This document shows positions 40,429-48,664 of a stretch of DNA of 64,000 nt, in pieces. Every line of letters begins with the position of its first letter. Positions within the stretch are counted from its first letter, which is position 1. Position numbers and translations under genes: made by a program. A model generated the notes under the pieces. It was not told the origin of the DNA. It ran no database searches and saw nothing but the letters and a program-made list of their open reading frames with translations. Origin of the DNA: a virus. Where the stretch lies: the IMG/VR virus record IMGVR_UViG_3300034418_008158, positions 1-64,000 of that record, one strand, 5' to 3'.

Positions 40429-40749
40429 TTAAATAAAGCGTATGTTTCTTGCAGGGTCAAAAGTAGCTTTATAAACTACATCACCCTTTTTATTTATTCC
40501 TTTCAATGCTGGCCCATAAGATACAGCACCAACTGCTGTTTTCGTACCAAATTCATTAGCATTTGATAATATCATCTTACTTATGTAAGATAGCTTACCA
40601 AGTAATTTTTTAGTCCTTTTTATCTCCATTATTATCTTCTCCAGGTAGATAGGATGGAATCCATCTCTTTCCTTTCTGTAATGTCTTCTCTCAAGAGAAT
40701 CTAGTTTTCTCTGAGTTTTGACTAAATTTAAATTAGAAATACTCCTCAT
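40429..40749 (-). CDS. Basic hypothetical protein
   Basis: 106 aa, downstream of promoter motif copy 3. Confidence 0.55.
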   Translation of the reverse strand: MRSISNLNLVKTQRKLDSLERRHYRKERDGFHPIYLEKIIMEIKRTKKLLGKLSYISKMILSNANEFGTKTAVGAVSYGPALKGINKKGDVVYKATFDPARNIRFI

Positions 40750-40816
40750 TTTTGTGTATTTTAAAGGTTGTTAAATAATAATAATAGGGCCCCAAATCTA
40801 AAAGAGAGACACTAAT

Positions 40817-40836
40817 AATTAGTGGGGGTTTTGAAG
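40817..40836 (-). promoter_or_regulatory. Repeated phage promoter-like motif, copy 3
   Basis: Exact AATTAGTGGGGGTTTTGAAG. Confidence 0.75.
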
Positions 40837-40885
40837 TTGGGTAATAGATCAAAAAGGGCACAGCCATAAGCCATACCCTAATTGT

Positions 40886-41293
40886 TTATTCATAGTCTAG
40901 CACAACTTGAGTGCTGTTGTTTGAGTTATTTAATATATAATCACCAGACAATTCCCACCAACCTTGGCTAGTGTCATCTTTCTGGTAAATAGTATAATGA
41001 ATACCCTCAAAAGGGTCTAAATTAAAACGAAGGTTATTTCCCCCTGTAATATTTAATTCATATATATCTTTATCCTCAATATAGGAATAGAGTAGATTGT
41101 CCTGAAAATAGCAACTAACTTCTTTACTCCCTGATGAGACAAGTCTTAATTTGAATTCAATAGAACTCACATTAAGATTTGTTGGGTCTTCAATTGTAGG
41201 CATATCAACAGTTTCTAAAGTCACTGAAGAGTCTGGGCTACATGATGTAAAGACTAAAAACAATAAAATAAAGCCAAATAATAAATTTCTCAT
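40886..41293 (-). CDS. Lipoprotein
   Basis: MRNLLFGFILLFLVFTS-C lipobox followed by acidic residues. Confidence 0.7.
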   Translation of the reverse strand: MRNLLFGFILLFLVFTSCSPDSSVTLETVDMPTIEDPTNLNVSSIEFKLRLVSSGSKEVSCYFQDNLLYSYIEDKDIYELNITGGNNLRFNLDPFEGIHYTIYQKDDTSQGWWELSGDYILNNSNNSTQVVLDYE

Positions 41294-41319
41294 AAGTATA
41301 TTTTTAAGTTAAAACACAA

Positions 41320-41350
41320 CAAAGATATAATAATCTTTGAATAAAACAAA
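41320..41350 (-). promoter_or_regulatory. Bacteroidota sigma-type promoter
   Basis: Minus strand TTTG-N19-TATCTTTG upstream of the lipoprotein gene. Confidence 0.7.
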
Positions 41351-41551
41351 GGCCAGAGAGTCTTTAAACTCTCCAGCCATTCCTAAACCTATCTTTCACA
41401 CTATTTCTTCAACTTTATATAAGGTTTTTTCCCATTTATTTTTACAATATCTTCAATAGGAATACCTAGATAAACTTGATTTTCTTTTTGTGCTAGTATG
41501 AGAGATTTGTCATCACCTTTCTCTTTCTTACCTTTTATAATTTTCATTATT

Positions 41552-41953
41552 TTAGTTTAAAAGAAATGAAGAAATATCAACTGATGCTGAAGGTAAACTT
41601 TGTAGCTTTATTTCTACAATTTTTAATGAATCTTGCAGAAATTTAAGATCACCTCCGTTTGCTTCAGGAATTGCTACTCTTAGTTCATTTCTTTTAGTTT
41701 CTAAGCTTTTTTGATAGTTTGCTTGTTTAGAAGCATAATATTTCCTTGTGCTGTAGTATTTAGCCACTGAAGATTTCTCCAGTATTACAGATTTGAATAA
41801 GTTTTGCTCTTTTTTAAAGGTTTCAGCTCCTATACGAGTCTGAAAACTTTCAGGGTATTTATTATATTTATTCCCAACTAATTGGAAGATAAGAAACTCT
41901 TTACCTGTTTTTGGGTTTACACCCTTTTTTAAATTACTTAAATTGCTCATCAT
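41552..41953 (-). CDS. Hypothetical protein
   Basis: 133 aa basic ORF. Confidence 0.55.
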   Translation of the reverse strand: MMSNLSNLKKGVNPKTGKEFLIFQLVGNKYNKYPESFQTRIGAETFKKEQNLFKSVILEKSSVAKYYSTRKYYASKQANYQKSLETKRNELRVAIPEANGGDLKFLQDSLKIVEIKLQSLPSASVDISSFLLN

Positions 41954-41968
41954 GATTGATTTTAAATG

Positions 41969-42310
41969 TTATAAATTGTCTAATAATATTATGTCTTGAA
42001 CTGAGATACTATCACCCCAAGGTATCTGATAATGTTTTGTCTGTCCTTCCTCAATACCTGGAGAAGTAATATACAGGCTATCATTATCAATATTGATAAT
42101 GTAATCCGCTTCCTGATAAATTACTGAGGGTTCAGATGTATAGTTCATACTGATGAAGAATAGTGTCCAAATAAAAGAAATGCCTAGAAGGAAAGTCCAA
42201 GAAACTTTAGTTTTATACTTATTATGTTTAAGAGTGTCAACAGCAATGATAATGTCTCCAAGAGTAACATAAATAGCAAGAAAGAAAAGAATAGTTTGAA
42301 TATAAATCAT
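41969..42310 (-). CDS. Membrane protein
   Basis: Two TM segments. Confidence 0.55.
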   Translation of the reverse strand: MIYIQTILFFLAIYVTLGDIIIAVDTLKHNKYKTKVSWTFLLGISFIWTLFFISMNYTSEPSVIYQEADYIINIDNDSLYITSPGIEEGQTKHYQIPWGDSISVQDIILLDNL

Positions 42311-42576
42311 AATTGGTTATTTTGAGGTTGATAAATTACTACTTTTTCTAGTTCAAAGAGTCTAGTCCATGCCTCTCCATTAGTGTCTTGTGCCTCTATT
42401 TCTATTTCCATTCCCATTTGGTCAACATTTGTACCAAGGAGTTTTATAGGAGACAAAAGAGGAAGATAATAATGTTCTCTAATTGCTGTAAACAATAGAA
42501 AATAAAACTCAGAAATAGGTGCATCATAGATAACCGCAATAGTTTCACCGTAAGATTTTAATATGAATCCTTTCAT
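42307..42576 (-). CDS. Hypothetical protein
   Basis: 89 aa; ATGA overlap with downstream gene. Confidence 0.55.
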   Translation of the reverse strand: MKGFILKSYGETIAVIYDAPISEFYFLLFTAIREHYYLPLLSPIKLLGTNVDQMGMEIEIEAQDTNGEAWTRLFELEKVVIYQPQNNQL

Positions 42577-42644
42577 AAAGTTTAAATTTAAAGCGTTAAA
42601 AAGAATAGCAAACTAATAATAATACCAGTTTGCTATTTATTCAA

Positions 42645-42782
42645 TTAAAAGTTACCACCGAAATTGTCATTCATATCTTGTGAATTTCTAATACCAGTAG
42701 TATTGTAATTAATCTTTGGGACAACAATTTTATTTGATGCTGTCTTTTTAATAGTTACAATAGGTTTTGCATTCTTTGCCAT
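42645..42782 (-). CDS. Small basic peptide (45 aa, not in ORF track)
   Basis: MAKNAKPIVTIKKTASNKIVVPKINYNTTGIRNSQDMNDNFGGNF; flanked by terminator-like hairpins. Confidence 0.45.
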   Translation of the reverse strand: MAKNAKPIVTIKKTASNKIVVPKINYNTTGIRNSQDMNDNFGGNF

Positions 42783-43021
42783 GTGTGGTGTTTTTAAAAG
42801 GTGAACTATAAAGATATTAAATTTATTATTATCAATCCACTAAAAAATGGGAAACATAATAGGAGACTCTCCTACCATGCTTTCCCATATCTAATAACCA
42901 ATTGTCCTTATTGTGTATTACTTAAAATAATCTGGATCGCCATCAGGTTTACCAGGACTACCTGGGCCTAAAGTAAACATTATACAAATAAGTATAAGGC
43001 CCACTAATATAAAAGCATCCA

Positions 43022-43393
43022 TTAATGAGAAATTTTTAAGTACTTACAATAAGGATTATTGGTATTTTTCGACTTGATTAGTACAAAGTATGTGCCTTTC
43101 TTCGATACTCTCACAGGCTTGCTGTCATATGTCTCTGAAGTAGGGCTACCAATCCATACAGGGTAATCATTACCTGTTTTTGGACTGTTGCATATTATGT
43201 ACAAAGAACCACCATTTGTGGCAAATACATCATAAGATGTGCCATCAATCATAATGGTTTCACTTTGATCAATACCAGTTGATACATCAAACCCACCACC
43301 TGAAGAGGTAGAAGCTTCAAACTGTACGTTCTGACTATGCAATGAAGAAGAAATACATATGAATAAAGATAGAATAGGGATTAATTTTTTCAT
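43022..43393 (-). CDS. Secreted protein
   Basis: Signal peptide MKKLIPILSLFICISSSLHS-Q (Bacteroidota-like Q after the cleavage site). Confidence 0.65.
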   Translation of the reverse strand: MKKLIPILSLFICISSSLHSQNVQFEASTSSGGGFDVSTGIDQSETIMIDGTSYDVFATNGGSLYIICNSPKTGNDYPVWIGSPTSETYDSKPVRVSKKGTYFVLIKSKNTNNPYCKYLKISH

Positions 43394-43440
43394 GGTTATT
43401 AAGTTTTACTAAAAGGTTATTAAATAATATGGTAAGATAA

Positions 43441-44679
43441 AAAGAAAGACACAAGCCATCATCAGTTAAGCATCTTACGCCTAACCTCAAGCTGTATCTA
43501 TCTCTTTGGGCCTTAGACCACTTCCAAATTAATGGCTGTTAAATATCTTAATGTGCCATTGAACTACACATTTATCCTGTGCTAGTCTGAGGTCGTTAAC
43601 CCTCAGTTACTCCCCTGGCAAGGGTGTTTACTGGATTATCATAATACAAATTGTTGTGTCACACTCAAGTTATGTGGTAATTAATCACAAAGAGCTTGTT
43701 AATATGGTATGAGCCACTGGGTTAAAAATAATGATAGTTTTATAGCTCTCAGACTAAGGGGCTAATACGACCCAAGATATTGCTATCTAGTTATTTTTAT
43801 TAAACCTTGTGTTCTCTCACTGCCTTTAGGGAGTTTGTTGGGTTTAATAAATAAAATGGACTGAGTGCTTTGTCCATTTTGTAAGCGTTAATATCAGCTT
43901 TCGCTTCATACACACACTCCCATTACTGGAAGTAGCTTACATAGTCAGATATAAAGGTTCCCACCTTACTACATTAGCTTTTATAAGATACTTGCTTTCC
44001 TACAGTCTCCCCTGGACAGGGATAAACCAACATTCCCATGCTAGTAAACCAGTAGTAATCCCGTTCTCTTCTCTCTCATAGCTTGAGGCTACTTGAGGTC
44101 ATCATATTGCAGATGAATAAGACCATTTTCAGGCTAATGTGTTGACACGTTTTTTCAGTTTCTTTTAGTTGTCTTGCATGACAATTAACAAAAAATTGGT
44201 GCAAGGTGAATAAAGAATGTCCATTGTGAAGAGTGTAGTGTCAACTTTATACCATGCTATCCGTTTGAGATAGTTTAAGTATGACACCCTTCTGCGTTCC
44301 CCCTGTCAAAGGGTACAATAAGACCATCGCTGGTCTATAACTGTTAACTATTCAAATAAGCACGATTTTCATCAGAGCTTAACGGAATATAACTGTACTT
44401 AGCTTCATTGGCGACAACCAACTACTACATAGTACTATTTAATCTTCCCTGTTCCTCTTTCGAGGTCAACTCTCCCTTGGACAAAGGAGAATACATCATA
44501 CTTAGAGCTAACCAGTTGGCCTTGCTCATACCATACAATGTGTGATTAAATACCTTTCCATCCACAACTAGTCTAAAGACTAATTGCACAAATCACTTAT
44601 CTTTATGTGATTCATCTTATACCTATCACTAGGTTTATGGTTAAGGACATGAAGGCTGCCCTAGTACAAGAGTACTCAA
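43441..44679 (-). ncRNA. Putative giant structured ncRNA (~1.24 kb)
   Basis: No ORF of 60 aa or more on either strand. Starts directly below promoter motif copy 4. Long-range helices 44524-44535/43703-43714 and 44541-44549/43681-43689; GAAA tetraloops; U-rich end. Confidence 0.6.
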
Positions 44680-44699
44680 AATTAGTGGGGGTTTTGAAG
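44680..44699 (-). promoter_or_regulatory. Repeated phage promoter-like motif, copy 4
   Basis: Exact AATTAGTGGGGGTTTTGAAG; an upstream terminator-like hairpin lies at about 44715-44751. Confidence 0.75.
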
Positions 44700-44765
44700 G
44701 TAGGTCAGATAAATAAAAAAGAGTAGCCTAATCCTAAGATTAAACTACTCTCAACTATCACATCA

Positions 44766-45170
44766 CTATTTCATATCCCTATAATACCTTATTAAGGCAT
44801 TAAGGTATTTTATTTTTTGCTTATGGATGATTTTTCTATTCCTATTTATCATGTCTTCATCAGGCAAAAAAGTAGAATTATCCAGATTGTAGTGGTAGTC
44901 CCACCATCCCCAATATAAGTATTTCATTGTTCTCTCATCACCCTGATACATAAGATGATTGTATCTTTTATGAAATAATGTAGAAGAGGGTTTGACAAGG
45001 ATATCGTCTGCTGTAAAATCCTTGTATTCTTTATACCCCTTCATACTATCCATGTACCTCCTTAAATGAATGCACAGATAGTAGTTTGCTGTTGGTTTAG
45101 CAAGTAAATCTCTTTTTAGACAAGATAATAGTAGTATTATCTTGTCTATTTGTTTCTCTTTTAGTTTCAT
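44766..45170 (-). CDS. Hypothetical protein
   Basis: 134 aa ORF. Confidence 0.6.
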   Translation of the reverse strand: MKLKEKQIDKIILLLSCLKRDLLAKPTANYYLCIHLRRYMDSMKGYKEYKDFTADDILVKPSSTLFHKRYNHLMYQGDERTMKYLYWGWWDYHYNLDNSTFLPDEDMINRNRKIIHKQKIKYLNALIRYYRDMK

Positions 45171-45317
45171 TGGATATTAGGTTTAAAGATAAAATATGCA
45201 CTAACTTGTATTCCCATTAATAGGAAAAACAAGAAAGGTTTAATATCATGCCTATAAATCATAAATGATTGGAGTGCAAAGCATCCAAAGACAATAATTA
45301 AGGCAAATATAGTAACA

Positions 45318-45512
45318 TTAAGATTTGATCTTTTCATTTTCATTAGGTTTTAATGGGTTATCAGGACAATATGTTATGGCATCTTCTAGTCTGCCTTCTA
45401 GCACACATTTAATGGCTAAGATGCAATCTAAAGTATGCTGGTCATTGTTGTCTATAAAGTGATTACTTAAAAACGTAGACAGCTTGTGTCTCTGCATATA
45501 GGATATTACCAT
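45318..45512 (-). CDS. Hypothetical protein
   Basis: 64 aa ORF. Confidence 0.45.
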   Translation of the reverse strand: MVISYMQRHKLSTFLSNHFIDNNDQHTLDCILAIKCVLEGRLEDAITYCPDNPLKPNENEKIKS

Positions 45513-45615
45513 GATTTATGTTTTAGCTATTAACAATATTAGTTGAATTCATCCTTATGAGGATTGCCTAATGAGTATATTAGGCAACCAATCATTATCA
45601 TTGTGAAGAAGACTG

Positions 45616-45861
45616 TCATTTGCAATTATTTACTTTGTGAACAATAGTGTCATACCTCCACACCTCGTATTTACAGGCACATCCATTTTGTGTACCTGTA
45701 ACTACAACTTTATATATGGGTTCAAAGAAGGCATGTTTAACTGCAACAATAGTCCCCATCAATATTATTGATAGGATTAATATGGCAATGATTAGGTTTA
45801 AACACCCATCATTTTTATCTGGATCACAGGTCTCCATGCCATTTTGGTAGGAATATTTCAT
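45616..45861 (-). CDS. Small membrane protein
   Basis: Likely start MKYSYQNG at 45861; one TM helix; Cys-containing. Confidence 0.5.
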   Translation of the reverse strand: MKYSYQNGMETCDPDKNDGCLNLIIAILILSIILMGTIVAVKHAFFEPIYKVVVTGTQNGCACKYEVWRYDTIVHKVNNCK

Positions 45862-45940
45862 AAGATATGATAGTTTAAAGGTAAATAAATAAAAAAGAAC
45901 TAAACCAAGTGCATTACACACTTGGCTTAGTATCAAGGTC

Positions 45941-46207
45941 TTAAAGGCTAAAGATATTCTCTGCGCCTTTACTTGGATCAATGTTGATTAAGCAAGAATT
46001 TGCCAAATCTGTAACACCATCCACAACAGGAACTAATACCCTTATGGGTAAAGACTCGTCAATGTTGCCTTGAACTCGGAAATTTTGGTCTCCAATGTTC
46101 ATGAACAATTTGTCTGTGGCTTTATTTCTAAGTACTTCAATTGAAGCACTTGGATAACCAATAGCAGACTTAAATTCGCTAATACTCATAAATTGACTCG
46201 TTTGCAT
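45941..46207 (-). CDS. Early protein, paralog A
   Basis: 59/88 residues identical to 47103-47372; follows promoter motif copy 5. Confidence 0.8.
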   Translation of the reverse strand: MQTSQFMSISEFKSAIGYPSASIEVLRNKATDKLFMNIGDQNFRVQGNIDESLPIRVLVPVVDGVTDLANSCLINIDPSKGAENIFSL

Positions 46208-46242
46208 AATAAAGATTTTAAATGTGAAAAATTAATACTCAA

Positions 46243-46262
46243 AATTAGTGGGGGTTTTGCAG
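46243..46262 (-). promoter_or_regulatory. Repeated phage promoter-like motif, copy 5
   Basis: AATTAGTGGGGGTTTTGCAG (1 mismatch); shares flanking TACTCAA with copy 4. Confidence 0.75.
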
Positions 46263-46550
46263 TCAGGTGTAAGGCGTAATAAAAAGGCTATAATAATGAT
46301 GATCCTGAAAAAAGAGAAAATATTTGAGGTTTGTATTTGGGGGAATGGGTATAAGGCCTCACTTACTTGACTGAGTATCAAGGAGTTATGCTTCCCAAAA
46401 GGGATAATTTGTGAGAGATTGTCCCTAAAATTTCACCCTCTCTCCCCCAATTAAGAGGTTTGATAACATAATACTTACACTGTTTCCCTAATACCTAGAG
46501 ACTAATTAATAAGGGCTAAGTCAAGTCTTGCCCTCTAAGGAATTAGGTTA

Positions 46551-46593
46551 AAGAAAAAAGAAGAGAGACACCTAATATGGCATCTCTCTTCTT
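46551..46593 (-). terminator. Intrinsic terminator
   Basis: AAGAAGAGAGA...TCTCTCTTCTT hairpin with A tract on the plus strand. Confidence 0.7.
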
Positions 46594-46594
46594 A

Positions 46595-46780
46595 TTACCA
46601 ACGTAGCAAGTCTTCCATGACTTTTACTTTGGCTTCAGCTTTCTTTAACTTCTTGAATACTTCTTTTAGGAACAAGGCTTTTTCAGAATCTTTCTCCAAA
46701 TCTTTGAAGTGAGCTAATGAATCACTAAGTTTCTTATTGTCTAAAGCCTGTTTAGCTTTAGTGAAGGAATATGATTTCAT
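46595..46780 (-). CDS. Small early protein
   Basis: 61 aa, Lys-rich helical. Confidence 0.55.
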   Translation of the reverse strand: MKSYSFTKAKQALDNKKLSDSLAHFKDLEKDSEKALFLKEVFKKLKKAEAKVKVMEDLLRW

Positions 46781-46815
46781 GTTACTTGGTTTTAATGATG
46801 AAGAAATGATGAAGC

Positions 46816-46986
46816 CTAAACTTCATCTCTTATACTCTTAGCATTTGCCAAGGCTCTCTTAGCTTTGAGTAGCTCTTGGCAATATCTGATCTTCTTGGGA
46901 ACTATTCCCCAATAATCAGTATTGTGATTAGGAAGATTGGCTGATATCTCTATTGAGATAGCTTCAAGCATTGATTCATATGTCAT
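46816..46986 (-). CDS. Small early protein
   Basis: Likely start MTYESML at 46986, about 37 nt below promoter motif copy 6. Confidence 0.55.
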   Translation of the reverse strand: MTYESMLEAISIEISANLPNHNTDYWGIVPKKIRYCQELLKAKRALANAKSIRDEV

Positions 46987-47022
46987 AACTAGGAATTTAT
47001 TGGTTATAGAGTTAGTACTAAG

Positions 47023-47042
47023 ACCTAGTGGGGGTTTTGACA
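47023..47042 (-). promoter_or_regulatory. Repeated phage promoter-like motif, copy 6
   Basis: ACCTAGTGGGGGTTTTGACA; core TAGTGGGGGTTTTGA intact. Confidence 0.7.
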
Positions 47043-47048
47043 TTAGGT

Positions 47049-47093
47049 AAAAGAAAAAAGTGAGTACACCAGACATTACATCTGGTGTACTCA
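47049..47093 (-). terminator. Intrinsic terminator
   Basis: 13-bp perfect stem TGAGTACACCAGA/TCTGGTGTACTCA with A tract. Confidence 0.85.
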
Positions 47094-47102
47094 TTAGATA
47101 GG

Positions 47103-47372
47103 CTACAGGGAGAATACACTCTCTGCACCCTTGCTTGGGTCTACGTTTATCAAGCAAGCATTGGCGTAGTCTGATACACCATCTACTACAGGAACCAATA
47201 CCTTGATTGGTAATGCGTTAGTAATAGAGGCCTGAACTCTGTAGTTATCATCGCCTAATGACATGAAGAGTTTGTCAGTAGCCTTGTTGCGTAGCACCGT
47301 AATGGTACTATCAACGTTGTTAGTAGCAGATTTGAATTCAGAGACAGAAAGGAATCTTGATGTGTTTAACAT
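47103..47372 (-). CDS. Early protein, paralog B
   Basis: Likely start MLNTSRF at 47372; paralog of 45941-46207. Confidence 0.8.
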   Translation of the reverse strand: MLNTSRFLSVSEFKSATNNVDSTITVLRNKATDKLFMSLGDDNYRVQASITNALPIKVLVPVVDGVSDYANACLINVDPSKGAESVFSL

Positions 47373-47411
47373 GATAGAAGATTTAGAAATGATGTACAAT
47401 ATTGTACTAGG

Positions 47412-47431
47412 AATCAGAGGGGGTTTTCAAC
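47412..47431 (-). promoter_or_regulatory. Repeated phage promoter-like motif, degenerate copy 7
   Basis: AATCAGAGGGGGTTTTCAAC, about 40 nt upstream of paralog B start. Confidence 0.55.
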
Positions 47432-47647
47432 AGGATCACCACCACTGAGCAGCATCTTTGTACATGATATTATTCACGCCAGAGATTTCCTTTACTGCTG
47501 AAAATTGGTGGGGGTATTTAAAGTGGGAAGTTTCGAGGGCCTATTTTATAGGGTGGCTCACACTCTCACTATTTCTCACCCTCACTATTTCTTTCAAATT
47601 TTTCCCAAAAAAAATTTTACCAAAAAAATTGGAAACATAATAGGGTG

Positions 47648-47679
47648 TTTGTTATTAGTCTTAAACTTTTGTATCTTTG
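47648..47679 (+). promoter_or_regulatory. Bacteroidota sigma-type promoter
   Basis: TTTG (47648)-N20-TATCTTTG (47672). Confidence 0.75.
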
Positions 47680-47705
47680 TAGCTAACCTTTTAAATCTTT
47701 ATATT

Positions 47706-48047
47706 ATGTTAAAACAAGTTATTTTAGCGTTTTTAGTAGTTATTGGCCTTGGAGCTATCACTATGAATTTTATGCCTTCTACTTCTTTAGAATCTACTTC
47801 TGAAGTTACTTCTAGGTATTCTGTAGTTACTACTGCAAACTTCAATGGTACTTATACTATTGTAGTTGATGACATCATTGATGGTGCTATCTCTGAAGGA
47901 GAAGTTACTGCTATAGCTGGTGGATCAATTGTAGTTGAAGACATCATTGATGGAAACCTAGTAGTTATTGTTACAAAGCCTAGCCCTGCTGATGTTGTAG
48001 TTACAATGGATGTAGATGGTATAGTAATTATAGAAACTGTATCTTAG
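47706..48047 (+). CDS. Secreted/membrane-anchored beta-rich protein
   Basis: Start MLKQVIL at 47706; N-terminal hydrophobic segment; repeats IVVDDIIDG/IVVEDIIDG. Confidence 0.65.
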   Translation: MLKQVILAFLVVIGLGAITMNFMPSTSLESTSEVTSRYSVVTTANFNGTYTIVVDDIIDGAISEGEVTAIAGGSIVVEDIIDGNLVVIVTKPSPADVVVTMDVDGIVIIETVS

Positions 48048-48064
48048 AAGATAAGATTTATTAC

Positions 48065-48098
48065 AAAGCCCTTTGAATTAGTTTCAAAGGGCTTTTTT
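48065..48098. terminator. Intrinsic terminator between convergent genes
   Basis: AAAGCCCTTTGAA-TTAGT-TTCAAAGGGCTTT followed by T tract. Confidence 0.85.
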
Positions 48099-48100
48099 AT

Positions 48101-48283
48101 TTAGGATAGGGTTATTGCAGAATAAGGTGTACCATTGATGGTAACTTCATACCCATTAAGAGATATTGTAGTTATAAGAGTTAATACTCCATTAATTTTT
48201 ACACTGTTTCCTGGAGATAGAGTTTGAGCCAGGTTTAGCCCTTTTAGTAATGAATTTCTTTTTGAACATCTTGAACAAGCCAT
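48101..48283 (-). CDS. Small CxxC protein
   Basis: MACSRC N-terminus; 60 aa. Confidence 0.5.
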   Translation of the reverse strand: MACSRCSKRNSLLKGLNLAQTLSPGNSVKINGVLTLITTISLNGYEVTINGTPYSAITLS

Positions 48284-48495
48284 TATGTTTTACCTTTTTG
48301 ATTAGTTACATTCATTGTAGACCAACTTCCTATGTTAGGTACTCCTTCAGTTATGTTTGATGTTAAGGCTTCACTTTGACATTCAGGACATTGTACTAGT
48401 TTCCAATTCTGATCATAGAAGTTTATATCTCCAATCTTCTGCCTTAATACTCTAGGAGTAAAGGCATGGTTGTTTTCACATTTAAGTTTCCTCAT
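48283..48495 (-). CDS. Zinc-ribbon protein
   Basis: CENNH...CPECQS; likely start MRKLKC. Confidence 0.6.
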   Translation of the reverse strand: MRKLKCENNHAFTPRVLRQKIGDINFYDQNWKLVQCPECQSEALTSNITEGVPNIGSWSTMNVTNQKGKT

Positions 48496-48664
48496 CTGTT
48501 TTCCAATCTTCAGGTTTACCATACCACATCTTTCTTTCCATCTCTAAGCGAGACTTGATGAATGCTTCTTCAGCTTCTTTGTTCTCCTTTATTTTTGCAC
48601 ATCTCTTAACATCCCAAGGAATAGAAGGATAGCACATCTTGTGGTAATTAGATAATTCACTCAT
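48482..48664 (-). CDS. Hypothetical protein
   Basis: 60 aa ORF. Confidence 0.45.
   Translation of the reverse strand: MSELSNYHKMCYPSIPWDVKRCAKIKENKEAEEAFIKSRLEMERKMWYGKPEDWKTDEET

Noticed and set aside
43441-44679. Group I/II intron or rRNA fragment
   Set aside because: It does not interrupt a gene, and I could not find group II domain V, group I P7 elements or rRNA signatures by eye. A covariance search is still needed.
31314-47431. Repeated 20-mer as a CRISPR array
   Set aside because: Copies are 0.4-6 kb apart with genes between them; no regular spacers and no cas genes.
47505-47705. N-terminal extension of the 47505-48047 ORF; similar extensions of 46816-47157, 37127-37552, 13259-13906 and 45616-45981
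   Set aside because: The extensions run across promoters, terminators or neighbouring genes; downstream ATGs fit better.
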